Shown one piece after another: positions 62,463 through 64,000 of a DNA stretch of 64,000 nucleotides. Below the pieces are notes generated by a model. That model searched no databases and had not been told where the DNA came from. It saw nothing but the letters and a program-made list of their open reading frames with translations. The stretch is from an uncultured candidatus Porisulfidus sp. (lineage in GTDB: Bacteria > Pseudomonadota > Gammaproteobacteria > Poriferisulfidales > Poriferisulfidaceae). The stretch is from the NCBI GenBank assembly GCA_965214545.1, contig OZ243950.1:132813-196812 (forward strand), written 5' to 3'. The translations under genes and the position numbers were made by a program. Each line of letters opens with the position of its first letter. Within the stretch, counting starts at the first letter, position 1.

Positions 62463-63536
62463 ATGACTACAACGTCTCCGCTGGAACTGCCTCTGGGTCC
62501 GCTGATCGTGGATGTGGCTGGAAAAGAACTGGAGCCTGAGGACCGGGAGATCCTGGCGCATCCTCTGGTTGGGGGGCTCATCCTGTTTACGCGGAACTAC
62601 GAATCCCCCGGGCAACTGAGTGCATTAATTCGGCAAGTCCACCAGATCCGGACGCCGGGCCTGGCGGTCTGCGTGGATCAGGAAGGCGGGACGGTGCAAC
62701 GGTTCCGGGAAGGGTTCACGCGCCTGCCCGCCGCCCAGGCGCTCGGCAAACTGTACCGCGGGGACCGGGAACAGGCCTACCGGGCCTGCACCTTGATGGG
62801 CTGGCTGATGGCGGCCGAATTGAGGGCGGTGGGCGTGGATATCTCGTTCGCGCCCGTGGTGGATTTGAACTGGGGGACCAGCGAGGTCATCGGCGGGCGG
62901 GCCTTCCACCGAAACCCGTACACCGTCTCCGAACTGGCGTCCCGCACCGTTGCCGGCATGCACCGGGCCGGGATGAAATCGGTGATCAAGCACTTCCCGG
63001 GGCACGGCCATGTGCACGAGGATTCGCACAAGGACATGCCGGTCGACTCGCGCGGTTTCGAGGACATCCGCGGAGAAGACTTGGTCCCGTTCGATCACCT
63101 GGGGTCGGCCTACAACGAAGGCGTGATGACGGCGCACATCGTCTTCCCGAAGGTGGATGAGGTCCCGGTCACTTTCTCGCGCAAATGGCTGCAACACATC
63201 TTGCGGGACGAGATGAATTTTTCCGGGGTGGTGTTCAGCGACGACCTGAATATGCATGCGGCCCACCTGCACGAGGATATCGAGTCCCGGGTGCGGGCAG
63301 CATTCCAGGCGGGCTGCGACGTGGCCTTGCTGTGCAATAATCGTCCGGCGGTCGTCGAGGTGCTGGATCACTTGCAGGACTACCGCAATCCGGTCGCGAG
63401 CCTGCGCCTGTTCCGGATGCGGGGCGCCCCGGGAGCCGAGCCGCTCGATGGCCTGCGGCAGTCGCCGGAATGGGCGGAAGCAGTGGAACTGGCGGCCCGT
63501 TATGCCGAAGCGGATGGCCCGGAGTTGAAGTTATGA
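62463..63536 (+). CDS. nagZ: Beta-N-acetylhexosaminidase NagZ (GH3)
   Basis: 357 aa with GH3 motifs (GGLILFTRN, KHFPGHG, and a catalytic Asp in VFSDDLNM). Confidence 0.9.
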   Translation: MTTTSPLELPLGPLIVDVAGKELEPEDREILAHPLVGGLILFTRNYESPGQLSALIRQVHQIRTPGLAVCVDQEGGTVQRFREGFTRLPAAQALGKLYRGDREQAYRACTLMGWLMAAELRAVGVDISFAPVVDLNWGTSEVIGGRAFHRNPYTVSELASRTVAGMHRAGMKSVIKHFPGHGHVHEDSHKDMPVDSRGFEDIRGEDLVPFDHLGSAYNEGVMTAHIVFPKVDEVPVTFSRKWLQHILRDEMNFSGVVFSDDLNMHAAHLHEDIESRVRAAFQAGCDVALLCNNRPAVVEVLDHLQDYRNPVASLRLFRMRGAPGAEPLDGLRQSPEWAEAVELAARYAEADGPELKL

Positions 63537-64000
63537 TCGAACAGTGGATTGAGGCCGGCCAGGCACACCTGGGGCAGGGCGGGCTGTCCGAGGTGCTCTT
63601 GTTGCTGGGTGGGGCGCTGGCGGCCAGTTTGCTTGGGCGTTGGCTTCTGGGCATGTTGCAACGCGGCGCGCAACACACGACCTACATCATGGATGACGCC
63701 GTTCTGAGTTCGGCCGCCCAGCCCGTACAGGCCCTGATTGGATTCCTCACGCTGACCTGGATCGCCCAGGTGCTGCTGGGCGAGTCCGCTTTTGCGTCGT
63801 GGTTGCCGAAGATCCAAAGAGCGGGCGTTTTCCTGGTTCTGGGATGGTTCCTGTTTTCGCTCATCCGTGACTACAGCGCCGGGGCACGCCAGCGCGCCCG
63901 GGCCGAAGGCAAGGAATTGGATAAAGATCTGTACCTGGCGGTAGCCCGGACCCTGCAGGCGGCCATTGTCGTGCTCGTCGGCATGGGTCTGATGCAGACT
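63533..64000 (+). CDS. Membrane protein, possibly MscS-family mechanosensitive channel (5' partial, runs off the window)
   Basis: Several TM helices in the first 155 aa. Family assignment is tentative because the conserved C-terminal domain is outside the window. Confidence 0.35.
   Translation, partial: MIEQWIEAGQAHLGQGGLSEVLLLLGGALAASLLGRWLLGMLQRGAQHTTYIMDDAVLSSAAQPVQALIGFLTLTWIAQVLLGESAFASWLPKIQRAGVFLVLGWFLFSLIRDYSAGARQRARAEGKELDKDLYLAVARTLQAAIVVLVGMGLMQT

Overview
This 64-kb window looks like a core chromosomal region of a high-GC gammaproteobacterium; the synteny resembles Pseudomonas/Chromatiales, but no taxon can be assigned from sequence alone. All calls below are made by eye from the six-frame track and recalled family motifs; no database search was run.

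Conserved housekeeping blocks, in order:
- End of the spc operon and the alpha operon: secY-rpmJ, then rpsM-rpsK-rpsD-rpoA-rplQ.
- uvrA, a DUF4143 ATPase with an AT-rich flank, an MFS transporter and ssb.
- miaB, a phoH-like gene, ybeY, corC and lnt.
- A convergent three-gene cofactor operon: DHPS-like, DUF447 and MfnB-like.
- recJ, nadD, rsfS, maf and yhdP, convergent with a short rne.
- A YkgJ-like gene, a phosphoesterase and cfa.
- A long minus-strand cell-wall/lipoate operon: degQ, mrdA, rodA, mltB, rlpA, dacC, dat, lipB and lipA.
- A small Calx-beta protein, tRNA-Ser, a DUF1820 gene, and aceA upstream of icd in one operon.
- An EF-hand/His-rich periplasmic protein.
- The glyW-cysT-leuZ tRNA cluster, then a PD-(D/E)XK/AAA-like gene, a MotA/MotB-family pair and a GldA/F/G-like ABC cassette with a DUF4340 gene.
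- trxB, ftsK, lolA and rarA, then a brnT(frameshifted)/brnA-rhodanese-XRE islet, nagZ and the start of an MscS-like gene.

Most notable observations:
(1) The tRNA-Leu(UAA) gene carries a 217-nt group I (IC3-like) self-splicing intron in the anticodon loop.
(2) Immediately downstream of the tRNA cluster is an orphan MotA/MotB-family stator-like pair. Its B subunit has a long coiled coil and no recognisable peptidoglycan-binding domain. It sits next to a GldAFG-like ABC cassette.
(3) A tightly overlapping operon of H4MPT/methanofuran-cofactor-type genes is present.
(4) Isocitrate lyase is co-operonic with NADP-isocitrate dehydrogenase.
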